Positions 1 to 8,083 of a stretch of 20,000 nt of DNA are shown one piece after another. Position numbers and translations under genes: made by a program. Under the pieces are notes generated by a model. It was not told the DNA's origin and did no database searches. It saw only the letters and a program-made list of their open reading frames with translations. The stretch is from an uncultured virus (IMG/VR IMGVR_UViG_2645727852_000004) (lineage: Duplodnaviria > Heunggongvirae > Uroviricota > Caudoviricetes), in the IMG/VR virus record IMGVR_UViG_2645727852_000004; one strand, written 5' to 3'. Each line of letters starts with the position of its first letter. The first letter of the stretch is position 1.

Positions 1-152
1 TATGGCTTGTTGATTCAAAGAAAGAAAATCCGAAATTAACAAAATCCTTGAATCAATCTTTCCTCAATCAAAAAGTGGAAGTGCTATATGAGGATTATAA
101 TACTGAGGACTATACTCAGTGGGAATTACTTGACTACACTCTAACAAATTAA
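1..152 (+). CDS. 3' end of a hypothetical protein (truncated by window start), probably an accessory gene
   Basis: Frame 3 is open from the window start (WLVDSKKENPKLTKSLNQSFLNQKVEVLYEDYNTEDYTQWELLDYTLTN) to TAA at 150-152. It is AT-rich and followed by a terminator. Confidence 0.6.
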   Translation, partial: WLVDSKKENPKLTKSLNQSFLNQKVEVLYEDYNTEDYTQWELLDYTLTN

Positions 153-159
153 ACAGGAG

Positions 160-186
160 GGAGGCTGTACATACAGTCTCCTTTTT
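160..186 (+). terminator. Rho-independent terminator
   Basis: GGAGGCTGT-ACAT-ACAGTCTCC stem followed by TTTTT. Confidence 0.7.
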
Positions 187-211
187 CTATGGCAAGAAAC
201 GGGGTGAATAC

Positions 212-655
212 ATGTCAGATGGCTTTGTCATTGAAGGATTAGACCAGTTTCACCGTCAACTGCTCGCATTCACAAAGAACAAATTCCCACGAGCGGTAGA
301 AGCGTGGTGTGAAGGGTTAGCGATGCGTCTTATGGAGCGGGTTGCAGACTTAGCTCCAGTTCGTGAAGATCCGGGAGGCGGACGTCTACGAAACTCATAT
401 GTTACCGCCTCAATGGGGCAATCAGATGAGGATGCTTATTTCGAGAGAATTGGCCGTGGTGGAAACATTACTGTTCTTGTTGGATCGAATGTAGAATATG
501 CCGACTACGTGAATACTGGTCACAAACTACGAAATGGGGCGTGGTGGGAAGGCTATCATTATTTCGATGATGCTTGGGATGAATTTGAGGTAGAGGCTGC
601 TGATTGGTTAGCCGATCGATTGGAGGAATTATTCAGTGAGTCAGGCCTTAGCTAA
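212..655 (+). CDS. HK97 gp10-family phage neck/tail-completion protein
   Basis: Motifs APV..GGRLRNSY and VGSNVEYADYVNTGH; position before the tail terminator and sheath; GGGGTG RBS. Confidence 0.85.
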   Translation: MSDGFVIEGLDQFHRQLLAFTKNKFPRAVEAWCEGLAMRLMERVADLAPVREDPGGGRLRNSYVTASMGQSDEDAYFERIGRGGNITVLVGSNVEYADYVNTGHKLRNGAWWEGYHYFDDAWDEFEVEAADWLADRLEELFSESGLS

Positions 656-1142
656 ATACGACTTGAATGGGGCCTTAAAGTATTTTCAAGATAAGACGGG
701 TATTGCCGGCTTTGACCATCAACAAGCCCAAAACGCCAAGCGACCCTATTTCTACTTTGAGCCGCCCCGACCTGGAAAGGTAGTAGCCGCCAGCGGCTTC
801 TTTCAGCACCGTGTTACTTTACACGGTGTTTTGTTTTGTCCACCGGAAGGGGAAGCAAATGACCAGAACGAGATGCAGGACGTTATGGCTGCGCTTGACC
901 ACTGGATTGCAGCTGACCGCTTCCGGATACAGTGTGCAGATGAGAACTACAACGCCTATCCTGCCTGGATGGAAGAGGTACAACTCAGTTATCAGAGAGT
1001 GGATGTGGATGTGATTGCTTTTCAGTTACGCGGAGAACGTTTTGTTAACTATCCGCAAGAAGAGCAAACATTGACCAGTAAGGTGTATAACAACAATGCC
1101 ATTGAGAGAGGTGGGAGCGTATGGCAAAGAGAGCGGAAGTAA
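636..1142 (+). CDS. Probable tail terminator/completion protein (XkdJ-like)
   Basis: 168 aa, between gp10-like gene and sheath; Q..KRPYFYF motif resembles this class. Confidence 0.6.
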   Translation: MSQALAKYDLNGALKYFQDKTGIAGFDHQQAQNAKRPYFYFEPPRPGKVVAASGFFQHRVTLHGVLFCPPEGEANDQNEMQDVMAALDHWIAADRFRIQCADENYNAYPAWMEEVQLSYQRVDVDVIAFQLRGERFVNYPQEEQTLTSKVYNNNAIERGGSVWQRERK

Positions 1143-1345
1143 AAGAAGAAACGACGCAGGAACAAAACGAGAGCTTACTACAGGCCGTAACAGCCTCATA
1201 CAAGCGCGAGGAACTTATCAGGCATGCTGAGTCAGCGCTAGGTGTTCCGGGCTATGTGGCAGCAGGAGTATTGACAGAAGACGAGTACACCGTAGCCGCA
1301 GCGAAAAAAGCGATTGAGGCATTCAAGGGAAAGGAAGTGAAGTAG
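1121..1345 (+). CDS. Small phage protein preceding sheath (YqzN/YkzM-like)
   Basis: 74 aa; YKREELI...LGVPGYVAAGVL...YTVAAAKKAIEAFKGKEVK pattern and position directly upstream of the sheath. Confidence 0.65.
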   Translation: MAKRAEVKEETTQEQNESLLQAVTASYKREELIRHAESALGVPGYVAAGVLTEDEYTVAAAKKAIEAFKGKEVK

Positions 1346-1346
1346 T

Positions 1347-2738
1347 TTGAAACCATTTGTTGAAGGAAGACATGAAGCACAAGCAGGCGTCTTCTCTCGT
1401 TTTGATATGGTGGTGCAAAATGCCGTGGCTGAAGGAGCCCGCGGTATTATTGCCATGCCGTTTAAGTCTGATTGGGGTCCAGTAAAAGAGTTTGTGGAGC
1501 TCACCGCTTTTTCAGACGCAAAAGAAATATTTGGGGAAGGACAGACAGCTCGCTTGCTCCGTGTAGCGTTCTGGGGCAATCCACTGGCTGTTAAAGCCTA
1601 TCGTATTGCTTCAAGCAAACTGGCAAAGGCAAAGCTTGCCCTCGATACAATCGAGATTGAAGCGCTCTATGCGGGTACACGCGGGAATAAGTTTCAAATA
1701 ACTATCCGCCCAACGCTTGCGGACCCTGCTAAGAAAGAGCTGATTTTGACAGAAGATGCACTTCAGTTAGAATCCATCATCTTCGGTAGCATTTCCGAGT
1801 TGATAGAGATAGCAAATGACAGCGCCTATATCCGCGTGAAGAAAACAGGCGAAGAGATGCCAGTCGATGCGAGTGGTCAGGCGCTTACAGGCGGCCATTC
1901 CGGTGAAGATGTAACCACCACGGAATACTCTGAGTTTCTGAATGCGCTGGCGGCTGAATACGCAAACCGCTTTGTTCTGGATGGTGTAAAGGACGAGGCT
2001 ATCAAACAGATGTGCATCCAATACGAAAAGGAACAGCGACAAACAGGGAAGCTCATTAAGTTCGATACAGGTGGTATGGATGCCCTCACCATCGACTATT
2101 ACGGCGTAACAAACATAAAACAATGGGCCAAGAAAGACGGGATTAAATACGAACCGGAAGAGGTTGCGGTATATGCAAGCGCAGCAGCTGCATCTTGCCC
2201 GTTGAATGAATCGTTGGCACAGAAGGTCACACCGTTTGATGAAGTACAGAAGCTTGATAATGTGGCATTAAATAAGGCTATCAAGGAAGGGAACCTTTGC
2301 TTTATTCAAGAAGGCCGAACAGTGAAATTCTCCACACCGGTAAATACCATGACGACAATTAAAAACCTAGACTCGGTGATTACGTTGGATCCGGAAGCGG
2401 ATGTAGATGCAGTTATCCGCACATTGCAGAAGATTAAAATCATTGAGGCAGCGGACTACATCTTTGAAGCACAAGACAAGCTATTCCAGAAGCCGATTAG
2501 TAAGGCGAATACGGAAGCAAGACGACTTGCAACGGCGCAGGAAATGAAGGACAAGCTACTTGCTCCCCTGGCCGCACAGGAAGTCATTGAGGGCGGTTCG
2601 TATAGTTGCTATCCGAATCCGGATTACCATGGGCCAGAACCAAAGAAAAATACTCACAAGGATGAGCAATACTATATCACCGCGTTCACGCTAATCGATG
2701 CGGCCGAGAAAATCTATAACCAAAACAAAGCGTCCTAA
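1347..2738 (+). CDS. Contractile tail sheath protein (XkdK-like)
   Basis: 463 aa; GARGIIAMPFKSDWGP, ALYAGTRGN, LTGG and C-terminal IDAAEKIY motifs; TTG start with GGAAG RBS. Confidence 0.92.
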   Translation: MKPFVEGRHEAQAGVFSRFDMVVQNAVAEGARGIIAMPFKSDWGPVKEFVELTAFSDAKEIFGEGQTARLLRVAFWGNPLAVKAYRIASSKLAKAKLALDTIEIEALYAGTRGNKFQITIRPTLADPAKKELILTEDALQLESIIFGSISELIEIANDSAYIRVKKTGEEMPVDASGQALTGGHSGEDVTTTEYSEFLNALAAEYANRFVLDGVKDEAIKQMCIQYEKEQRQTGKLIKFDTGGMDALTIDYYGVTNIKQWAKKDGIKYEPEEVAVYASAAAASCPLNESLAQKVTPFDEVQKLDNVALNKAIKEGNLCFIQEGRTVKFSTPVNTMTTIKNLDSVITLDPEADVDAVIRTLQKIKIIEAADYIFEAQDKLFQKPISKANTEARRLATAQEMKDKLLAPLAAQEVIEGGSYSCYPNPDYHGPEPKKNTHKDEQYYITAFTLIDAAEKIYNQNKAS

Positions 2739-2751
2739 GGAGGTGTAATGA

Positions 2752-3189
2752 GTGGGAGCATATGACAGAGGATTGCCATACATGAAACCACGGGAAGTTG
2801 CCCGGGGGATGTATGGGCACGTTTATGATGACGGCGAATTTATGGATAACGTTACAGAGTTTGAAGCACGAATTAAATTTAAGAAGAAAGAAGTAGAGCG
2901 TGCTAATGCCTTTATGGATGGGAATCGCATCATGGGTGGTAAAGGTGAAGGGAAAATAAAACTTCATCTTACCAATGCGGAGTTCATGAAGCGGTTATCA
3001 GAGGACCCAGACCGTGAATATACCTTCATTGGTGATGTTGATGACCCAGATCCGATGACTGCGTCAGCAAACTATAAAGTGGTTATCAATGGCGTAAACT
3101 TTGACGAAGTACCTATTCATCAATTCAAGGTTGGAGAAACTATTGAAATCGACATATCTTTCACGTTTGACGACTGGGAGTGGCTATAG
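2752..3189 (+). CDS. Tail tube protein (XkdM-like)
   Basis: 145 aa after the sheath; G.YG.VY.DG, DDPD, V.FDE and FTFDDWE motifs; AAGGAGGT RBS. Confidence 0.9.
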   Translation: MGAYDRGLPYMKPREVARGMYGHVYDDGEFMDNVTEFEARIKFKKKEVERANAFMDGNRIMGGKGEGKIKLHLTNAEFMKRLSEDPDREYTFIGDVDDPDPMTASANYKVVINGVNFDEVPIHQFKVGETIEIDISFTFDDWEWL

Positions 3190-3237
3190 GCCGCTCCTTT
3201 TCTCGTAGCTTTCTAAAACTAAGGAGGAATATATATT

Positions 3238-3660
3238 ATGGCAGAAAACATTGAATTCATTTCATTAGAGGAAATCCTTTCAGAAGACTTGAATGTTGTG
3301 ACAGAAGAGGTTCCCGTTCAACTTATTAACGGAAAGTACCTAAAACTTGAAATCAAATCAATTACACAAGAAGTAGAAGCGAAAATCAGGAAGCGCTGCA
3401 CGAGGTATGAGGGAAGTAAAAAGAGTGCCCGCACCCCAGTTCTCGATGATGCATTGTATAGCTCCTTGCTCATCGCAGAAGCAACCAATGTAGATTGGGG
3501 GATGTTTGCGGAAAAAGTAGGGGCCAAGGTACCAGCTCCAGAATTCATCATTCCAAAGGTTCTCAGTTTGGGTGGAATTGTACAAGCAACTCAAGGAATC
3601 ACGCGTATTTCCGGTCTGGATGAAGAGATGGAGGACTTGATAGCAGCAGCAAAAAACTAA
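3238..3660 (+). CDS. Tail assembly chaperone (XkdN-like, lambda G-equivalent)
   Basis: 140 aa between tube and tape measure; ends ISG...AAAKN on an A-AAA-AAC slippery heptamer. Confidence 0.85.
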   Translation: MAENIEFISLEEILSEDLNVVTEEVPVQLINGKYLKLEIKSITQEVEAKIRKRCTRYEGSKKSARTPVLDDALYSSLLIAEATNVDWGMFAEKVGAKVPAPEFIIPKVLSLGGIVQATQGITRISGLDEEMEDLIAAAKN

Positions 3661-3818
3661 TTGAAAGCGATGGGGATGCGTCCTGGTGGCATGTTATGTT
3701 TCAAGAAAAAGGAATTGACCCGGACGATTGGAATGAAATGCGACCGCGTAAAAAGGCACTGCTCATCGCTTCAATGGAGATAGAGTCTGAAAAGAGAAAG
3801 AAAGAAGCAAATGGATAG
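3651..3818 (+). CDS. -1 frameshift extension of tail chaperone (G-T type product)
   Basis: A AAA AAC at 3651-3657 precedes TAA. The -1 frame reads KLIESDGDASWWHVMFQEKGIDPDDWNEMRPRKKALLIASMEIESEKRKKEANG to TAG at 3816-3818. Confidence 0.8.
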   Translation, partial: KKLIESDGDASWWHVMFQEKGIDPDDWNEMRPRKKALLIASMEIESEKRKKEANG

Positions 3819-3822
3819 TAGC

Positions 3823-3852
3823 TTGCAGCTACATTGTGATTATTGATATAAT
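3823..3852 (+). promoter_or_regulatory. SigA-type promoter of antitoxin RNA
   Basis: TTGCAG (3823-3828), 18-nt spacer, and extended -10 TGnTATAAT (TATAAT 3847-3852). Confidence 0.7.
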
Positions 3853-3858
3853 GAATGT

Positions 3859-4008
3859 AAGCTATAAGTAATGAATATACTAAAAAAGACCGCTCGGTGC
3901 TACCAACACCAAACGGTCCTGTACAATAGACGCTCTCACGAGGAGCGGCTCAGGTTTTGTCTAAGAAATAGATCGGTGACCTTGTCGGGGGCGGTCTATT
4001 TCTTTTTT
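3859..4008 (+). ncRNA. Putative type I antitoxin antisense RNA (about 150 nt; SR4/RatA-like architecture)
   Basis: It has its own promoter, internal hairpins and terminator (AGAAATAGATCG...CGGTCTATTTCT-TTTTT, 3964-4008). It converges on and overlaps the 3' end of the toxin gene. Confidence 0.7.
3882..3918 (-). terminator. Terminator of toxin mRNA
   Basis: Minus strand reads GACCGTTTGGTGTTGGTAGCACCGAGCGGTC-TTTTTT. Confidence 0.7.
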
Positions 4009-4106
4009 GTTAAAAGAAGTGTCACAATGGCTACGATTACACCAACAAATGTTAGTGTGTATATGCCGAAGTTTAATGCAAGATTTGCTGCATCGTATGA
4101 CACCAT
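3996..4106 (-). CDS. Type I TA toxin, small hydrophobic holin-like toxin (BsrG/BsrE/TxpA-like), 36 aa
   Basis: MVSYDAANLALNFGIYTLTFVGVIVAIVTLLLTKKK: one transmembrane helix plus a basic tail. Strong RBS AAGGGGGTGAG. Below the ORF-track length cut-off. Confidence 0.85.
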   Translation of the reverse strand: MVSYDAANLALNFGIYTLTFVGVIVAIVTLLLTKKK

Positions 4107-4184
4107 GTTCTCACCCCCTTCCATCAAGAAGATGGATAGTGCAGGAGTGAGCCGCCCCCGGAGCCTTGTCTATGTACAAGGAAA

Positions 4185-4193
4185 ATTATAACA
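4185..4193 (-). promoter_or_regulatory. Extended -10 promoter of toxin gene
   Basis: Minus strand TGTTATAAT about 80 nt upstream of the toxin ATG. Confidence 0.6.
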
Positions 4194-4291
4194 CACAAAG
4201 CACTCTTAGACGAAAATGCTTTCTATTTTGGAAAAACCACTCCTTATCCTCCAAAAAGTAAGGTAAAATGTGAGGAAAAGGGGGAGATTGG

Positions 4292-4576
4292 ATGGCTCTT
4301 TTTGGTAAGAAAGAGAAGCAAGAGGAAGTACAACAAGAGCTTGATATGTTGGTTACAACTACGGAGAACATCGGAAGGCCATATGAAGTACTCGGACTTG
4401 TTACTGCGAAAACGCGAAAAACAATCGATTTTGATTATGAGACTACAACAAACGAATTGGTACAAAGAGCAATGCGAATCGAGGCAGATGCCATAGTAGG
4501 TTTTAAATATGAAATATCAAATACAGGCAGTATAACTGACATAATAGCTTACGGAACAGCAGTCAAATTCAAATAG
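4292..4576 (+). CDS. YbjQ/UPF0145-like (putative heavy-metal-binding fold) protein, accessory gene
   Basis: MLVTTTENIGRPYEVLGLV...ADAIVGFKYE...AYGTAVKF is the characteristic YbjQ pattern; own RBS and terminator. Confidence 0.85.
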   Translation: MALFGKKEKQEEVQQELDMLVTTTENIGRPYEVLGLVTAKTRKTIDFDYETTTNELVQRAMRIEADAIVGFKYEISNTGSITDIIAYGTAVKFK

Positions 4577-4587
4577 TTAGCATTAAC

Positions 4588-4619
4588 AAAGTCACTCAAA
4601 TTGAGTGGCTTTTTATTTT
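4588..4619 (+). terminator. Rho-independent terminator
   Basis: AAAGTCACTCA / TGAGTGGCTTT stem followed by a T-rich tail. Confidence 0.75.
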
Positions 4620-4641
4620 GTCTTAAAAAAGAGGTGGGCAA

Positions 4642-7548
4642 ATGTCCGAGAAACGATTAGGCGCAAGGATCAGTCTTGCAGATCGCATGACCTCTCCCAT
4701 GATGAAAATTGTTGGAATCATAACAAGAACACAAAGCGTTGCCCAAAAGTTAAATCAAAGCACGCAGAGAATGGGACAAACCATGAGTTCTGCCGCGAAT
4801 CAGGCGGCAAGTGGAATGTCTCGTATGAGCACTGCGGCAAATACCACGGCCAATAGCGCTACAAAAGTCGGGAGTGCAGCAAGAAAAGCAGCTGACGCCG
4901 CAGAACGTTCTGGAAGTGCCGCAGAAAAAGCAGCTCAAAAGTGGAAGAAGCTTGGCGAACAATACGGTACTACAAGCAAAAAAGCCACAATGATGATGAG
5001 TAACCTTGACCATGCATCGGGTGCGCTCCAAAATACCGGAGCTGTAGGACTGGCAATGGGCGGAGGAATCGCATACGGAATGACCAATGCGGTCAAAACG
5101 GTTTCTCAGTTTGATGATTCTATGTCATCCGTAAGAGCGAAGACTGGGGCAACAGGTGAAGCGTTTGAATCTCTGCGAAATAAAGCACTTGAACTAGGAC
5201 GAACCACAGTTTTTACAAGTTCGCAGTCGGCTGATGCAATGGACAAGCTCGCCATGGCTGGATGGTCAACAGATAAAATTCTGGCTGGAACGGGACATAT
5301 GCTTAACTTAGCATCTGCCGGGGCGATGGATTTAGCTACAACAGCGGATATCGCATCCGATATCATGACAGCCTTTCAGATTGGGGCAGGTGAAGCCGGA
5401 AGAGTAGGGGATGTATTAGCGAAGGCCGCCACTTCTGCGAACACAAGTGTTGAACAGCTTGGATATACGATGAAATATACAGCTCCTATCGCTCAAACAT
5501 TTGGTATGTCGCTTGAAGAAACAACAGCGATTGGTGCTAAGATGGCCGATGCCGGTATCAAAAGTGAAATGGCTGGTACCGCCATGCGGGCTGGTCTTAC
5601 ACGCCTTGCTGCGCCGCCAAAACCAGCCGCAGATATGCTAGATCATCTAGGTATTCAAACGAATATCAAAGGGAAGATGCGACCCATATTTGACATATTG
5701 ACTGATATTGAGGCTAAATTCAAAACAATGTCTCAAGCAGAACGGATAGATGCTGCGAAGGATCTGTTTGGTCAAGAAGCAATGAGTGGGTGGCTATCCA
5801 TTTTAACATCAGGAACCAATAATCTAAAGCAATATAATGAACAGTTGATGAATAGTGGTGGGGCATCCGCTGAAATGGCTCGTATTATGAATGATAATAT
5901 CGGCGGTGCATTCCGTGAACTCAATTCAGCGGTCGAAGGTGCAGTTATTTCAATAGGCGATCAATTGAAAGAACCTGTGCGGAAAGTTGCTGAGTTTCTA
6001 ACTGCTTTAATTGGTAAGTTCAACTCTCTAGATCCGACAACGAAAAAGATTATTGCTTTTGTTACTGCAATAGTATCTGCATTTTTATTACTTGCAGGAC
6101 CATTGATGATTTTATTGGCGTTGATACCTAGTATCGTAACTGGTTTTGGTCAAATTGCTAGTCTTTTCGGAATGACTGGGGCAGCTCTTCTAGGCACAAT
6201 CGCTCCTTTTCTCCTGGTTATCGGGGCAATTACAGCAGTCGGAATTGCATTCGTTATACTCTACAAAAAATCAGAAACGTTTCGTAATGGTGTAAACAAG
6301 ATCAAAGATACATTTGTCTCTGTGTTTCATTCCATTATGAATACGGTCAACAGAGGAAAAACGATTATCTCTGGTATTTTTGATTTGTTCAAAGGAGACA
6401 GCGGAGGAATAACTAAACTGATTGGAGCTGGAGTAGGCACGGAAATGATTGGCAAAATCACTTCCGTAGTAGCGAAAATCAAATCTGTATTTCAAAGTGT
6501 AGTTACATTCTTTGTCCAGGTATTCAATCGAATCGCCGGGTACTTCCAAAGTATATGGCCGTTAATTAAAAAACTTTTCAATGATATCCGAGCATTCGTC
6601 GCCTTTATTTGGCCTGCTATTGCTGGTTACATCTCAATTCAATGGGAGATTATAAAAAATGTAGTAATTGTAGCTGCTACGGCTATATGGAGCGTGATTA
6701 AGACCGCATTTTTCACAGTGTGGGAAATAGTGAAAACAGTAATGCAATACATCTGGAACATAATCAATATTGTTTTCACTGTGATAGGCGGCATTGTAAA
6801 AGCCGGTCTTCAGGTTCTTACTGGAGACTTTAGTGGCGCTTGGGAAACGATTAAGCAAATGTCAGTTTCTGTGTTCGAACAAGTAAAAAAGACAATTGCT
6901 GACTTTATAACAGGGGCTATCAATATCGGAAAAACGTTTCTACAGAATATAGCACAGGGCTTCTTAGACAACATGTCAACCGTGCTAGAAGCAGCTAAAA
7001 GTGTATGGGAAAGAATAAAAAGTGTCTTTACTGGTGAACAAATCAATGTTTCTCCTAATGTCCAATATAATCAACCGGCTGGACCGCCAATTCCACCAGG
7101 ATACCGCGCGTATGCGAGCGGGGGATTAATTGACCGCCCACACCTGGGTTTAGTAGGTGAAGCAGGACCAGAGATGATTGTACCGCTCTCAGCTTCACGG
7201 CGTGGCCGTGGGCTTGAGTTATGGCAGCAGGCCGGGAAAATGCTGGGGGCTATTCCGTATGCGAATGGTGGCCTTGTTGGGGCGCGCAATGTTCCCGAAC
7301 GTCAAAAACCTTCTAAACCACCATCAGGAATGAGAGGTGCGGGAGGAAAAGGAAATGGCGGCCGCGGTGCTGGTCCGATACAGAATATATTTCATATTTC
7401 TATTACCGGCGATCAAGTTTCCGCTATGGGTGAAGATAAGGGATATATGCGAAAAGTTGCTAGGGAAATAGCAGAGGAATTACTGGAGGAACTTATGGAG
7501 GCCGCTGACAATTACACAATCGATAACCTTGGGACGATGATGGAGTAA
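4642..7548 (+). CDS. Tape measure protein (TP901-type core)
   Basis: 968 aa; LRNKALELGRTTVFTSSQSADAM...LAMAGW core, hydrophobic segments, periodic W/F helical repeats, and a C-terminal YASGG...GEAGPEMIVPL motif. Confidence 0.95.
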   Translation: MSEKRLGARISLADRMTSPMMKIVGIITRTQSVAQKLNQSTQRMGQTMSSAANQAASGMSRMSTAANTTANSATKVGSAARKAADAAERSGSAAEKAAQKWKKLGEQYGTTSKKATMMMSNLDHASGALQNTGAVGLAMGGGIAYGMTNAVKTVSQFDDSMSSVRAKTGATGEAFESLRNKALELGRTTVFTSSQSADAMDKLAMAGWSTDKILAGTGHMLNLASAGAMDLATTADIASDIMTAFQIGAGEAGRVGDVLAKAATSANTSVEQLGYTMKYTAPIAQTFGMSLEETTAIGAKMADAGIKSEMAGTAMRAGLTRLAAPPKPAADMLDHLGIQTNIKGKMRPIFDILTDIEAKFKTMSQAERIDAAKDLFGQEAMSGWLSILTSGTNNLKQYNEQLMNSGGASAEMARIMNDNIGGAFRELNSAVEGAVISIGDQLKEPVRKVAEFLTALIGKFNSLDPTTKKIIAFVTAIVSAFLLLAGPLMILLALIPSIVTGFGQIASLFGMTGAALLGTIAPFLLVIGAITAVGIAFVILYKKSETFRNGVNKIKDTFVSVFHSIMNTVNRGKTIISGIFDLFKGDSGGITKLIGAGVGTEMIGKITSVVAKIKSVFQSVVTFFVQVFNRIAGYFQSIWPLIKKLFNDIRAFVAFIWPAIAGYISIQWEIIKNVVIVAATAIWSVIKTAFFTVWEIVKTVMQYIWNIINIVFTVIGGIVKAGLQVLTGDFSGAWETIKQMSVSVFEQVKKTIADFITGAINIGKTFLQNIAQGFLDNMSTVLEAAKSVWERIKSVFTGEQINVSPNVQYNQPAGPPIPPGYRAYASGGLIDRPHLGLVGEAGPEMIVPLSASRRGRGLELWQQAGKMLGAIPYANGGLVGARNVPERQKPSKPPSGMRGAGGKGNGGRGAGPIQNIFHISITGDQVSAMGEDKGYMRKVAREIAEELLEELMEAADNYTIDNLGTMME

Positions 7549-7556
7549 ATACGTTA

Positions 7557-7619
7557 GATGTTGACTCGATGTTGCCAAAAGCGAGGTAAATTGCAATACA
7601 GTGACATTGAGTCAACATC
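7557..7619 (+). repeat. 19-bp imperfect inverted repeat (RNA hairpin) between convergent genes
   Basis: GATGTTGACTCGATGTTGC (7557-7575) vs GTGACATTGAGTCAACATC (7601-7619). All three non-Watson-Crick positions are G-U pairs on the + strand. Confidence 0.75.
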
Positions 7620-7628
7620 CTTAAATTT

Positions 7629-7958
7629 TTAATTTTTATTAGCTAAGGCACGAACCTTTACCAAGCGTTCTTTGAACTTATTAAGTTTCGGAATGCGATC
7701 CACTCTTTTGTGACAGACAATATTCTCGTAAACAAAGACAGCCCTCTCCAAGACCCGTATTTCGTCTTTAAATTGTTTTTGTTTACGATAGATAATAGCT
7801 AATCTTTGGTATGGATGAGGCCCATCATATCCAACTTCGATGAGATGTTCATAAATTTCAATAGCCTTTTGCATATCACCAACCCTTTCAAGGGAAATAG
7901 CTTCATTATCTTTTTGATAGCCATACGTTGTTAATTCAGCATCAAATACATTGCTCAT
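7629..7958 (-). CDS. Tetratricopeptide-repeat-like protein, antisense accessory gene
   Basis: LERVGDMQKAIEIYEHLI...PYQRLAIIYRKQKQFKDEIRVLERAV helical TPR pattern; GGAGGAG RBS; upstream TTTACA-N18-TAGAAT on the minus strand. Confidence 0.75.
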   Translation of the reverse strand: MSNVFDAELTTYGYQKDNEAISLERVGDMQKAIEIYEHLIEVGYDGPHPYQRLAIIYRKQKQFKDEIRVLERAVFVYENIVCHKRVDRIPKLNKFKERLVKVRALANKN

Positions 7959-8083
7959 ATCTTCTCCTCCTTTCTGATTAACCTTGGAAGAAGTCGCTGT
8001 TTTATAACCCTGGCTCTTCCATTTACCATAATTCTACAGGTGAAAGTAAAATCCTGTAAAAAGATTTTGAGGAGGGACACCAT

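Noticed and set aside
3871..4191. 106-aa plus-strand ORF
   Set aside because: It has no RBS, runs through a terminator, and is antisense to the well-supported toxin gene. The region is better explained as the antitoxin RNA.
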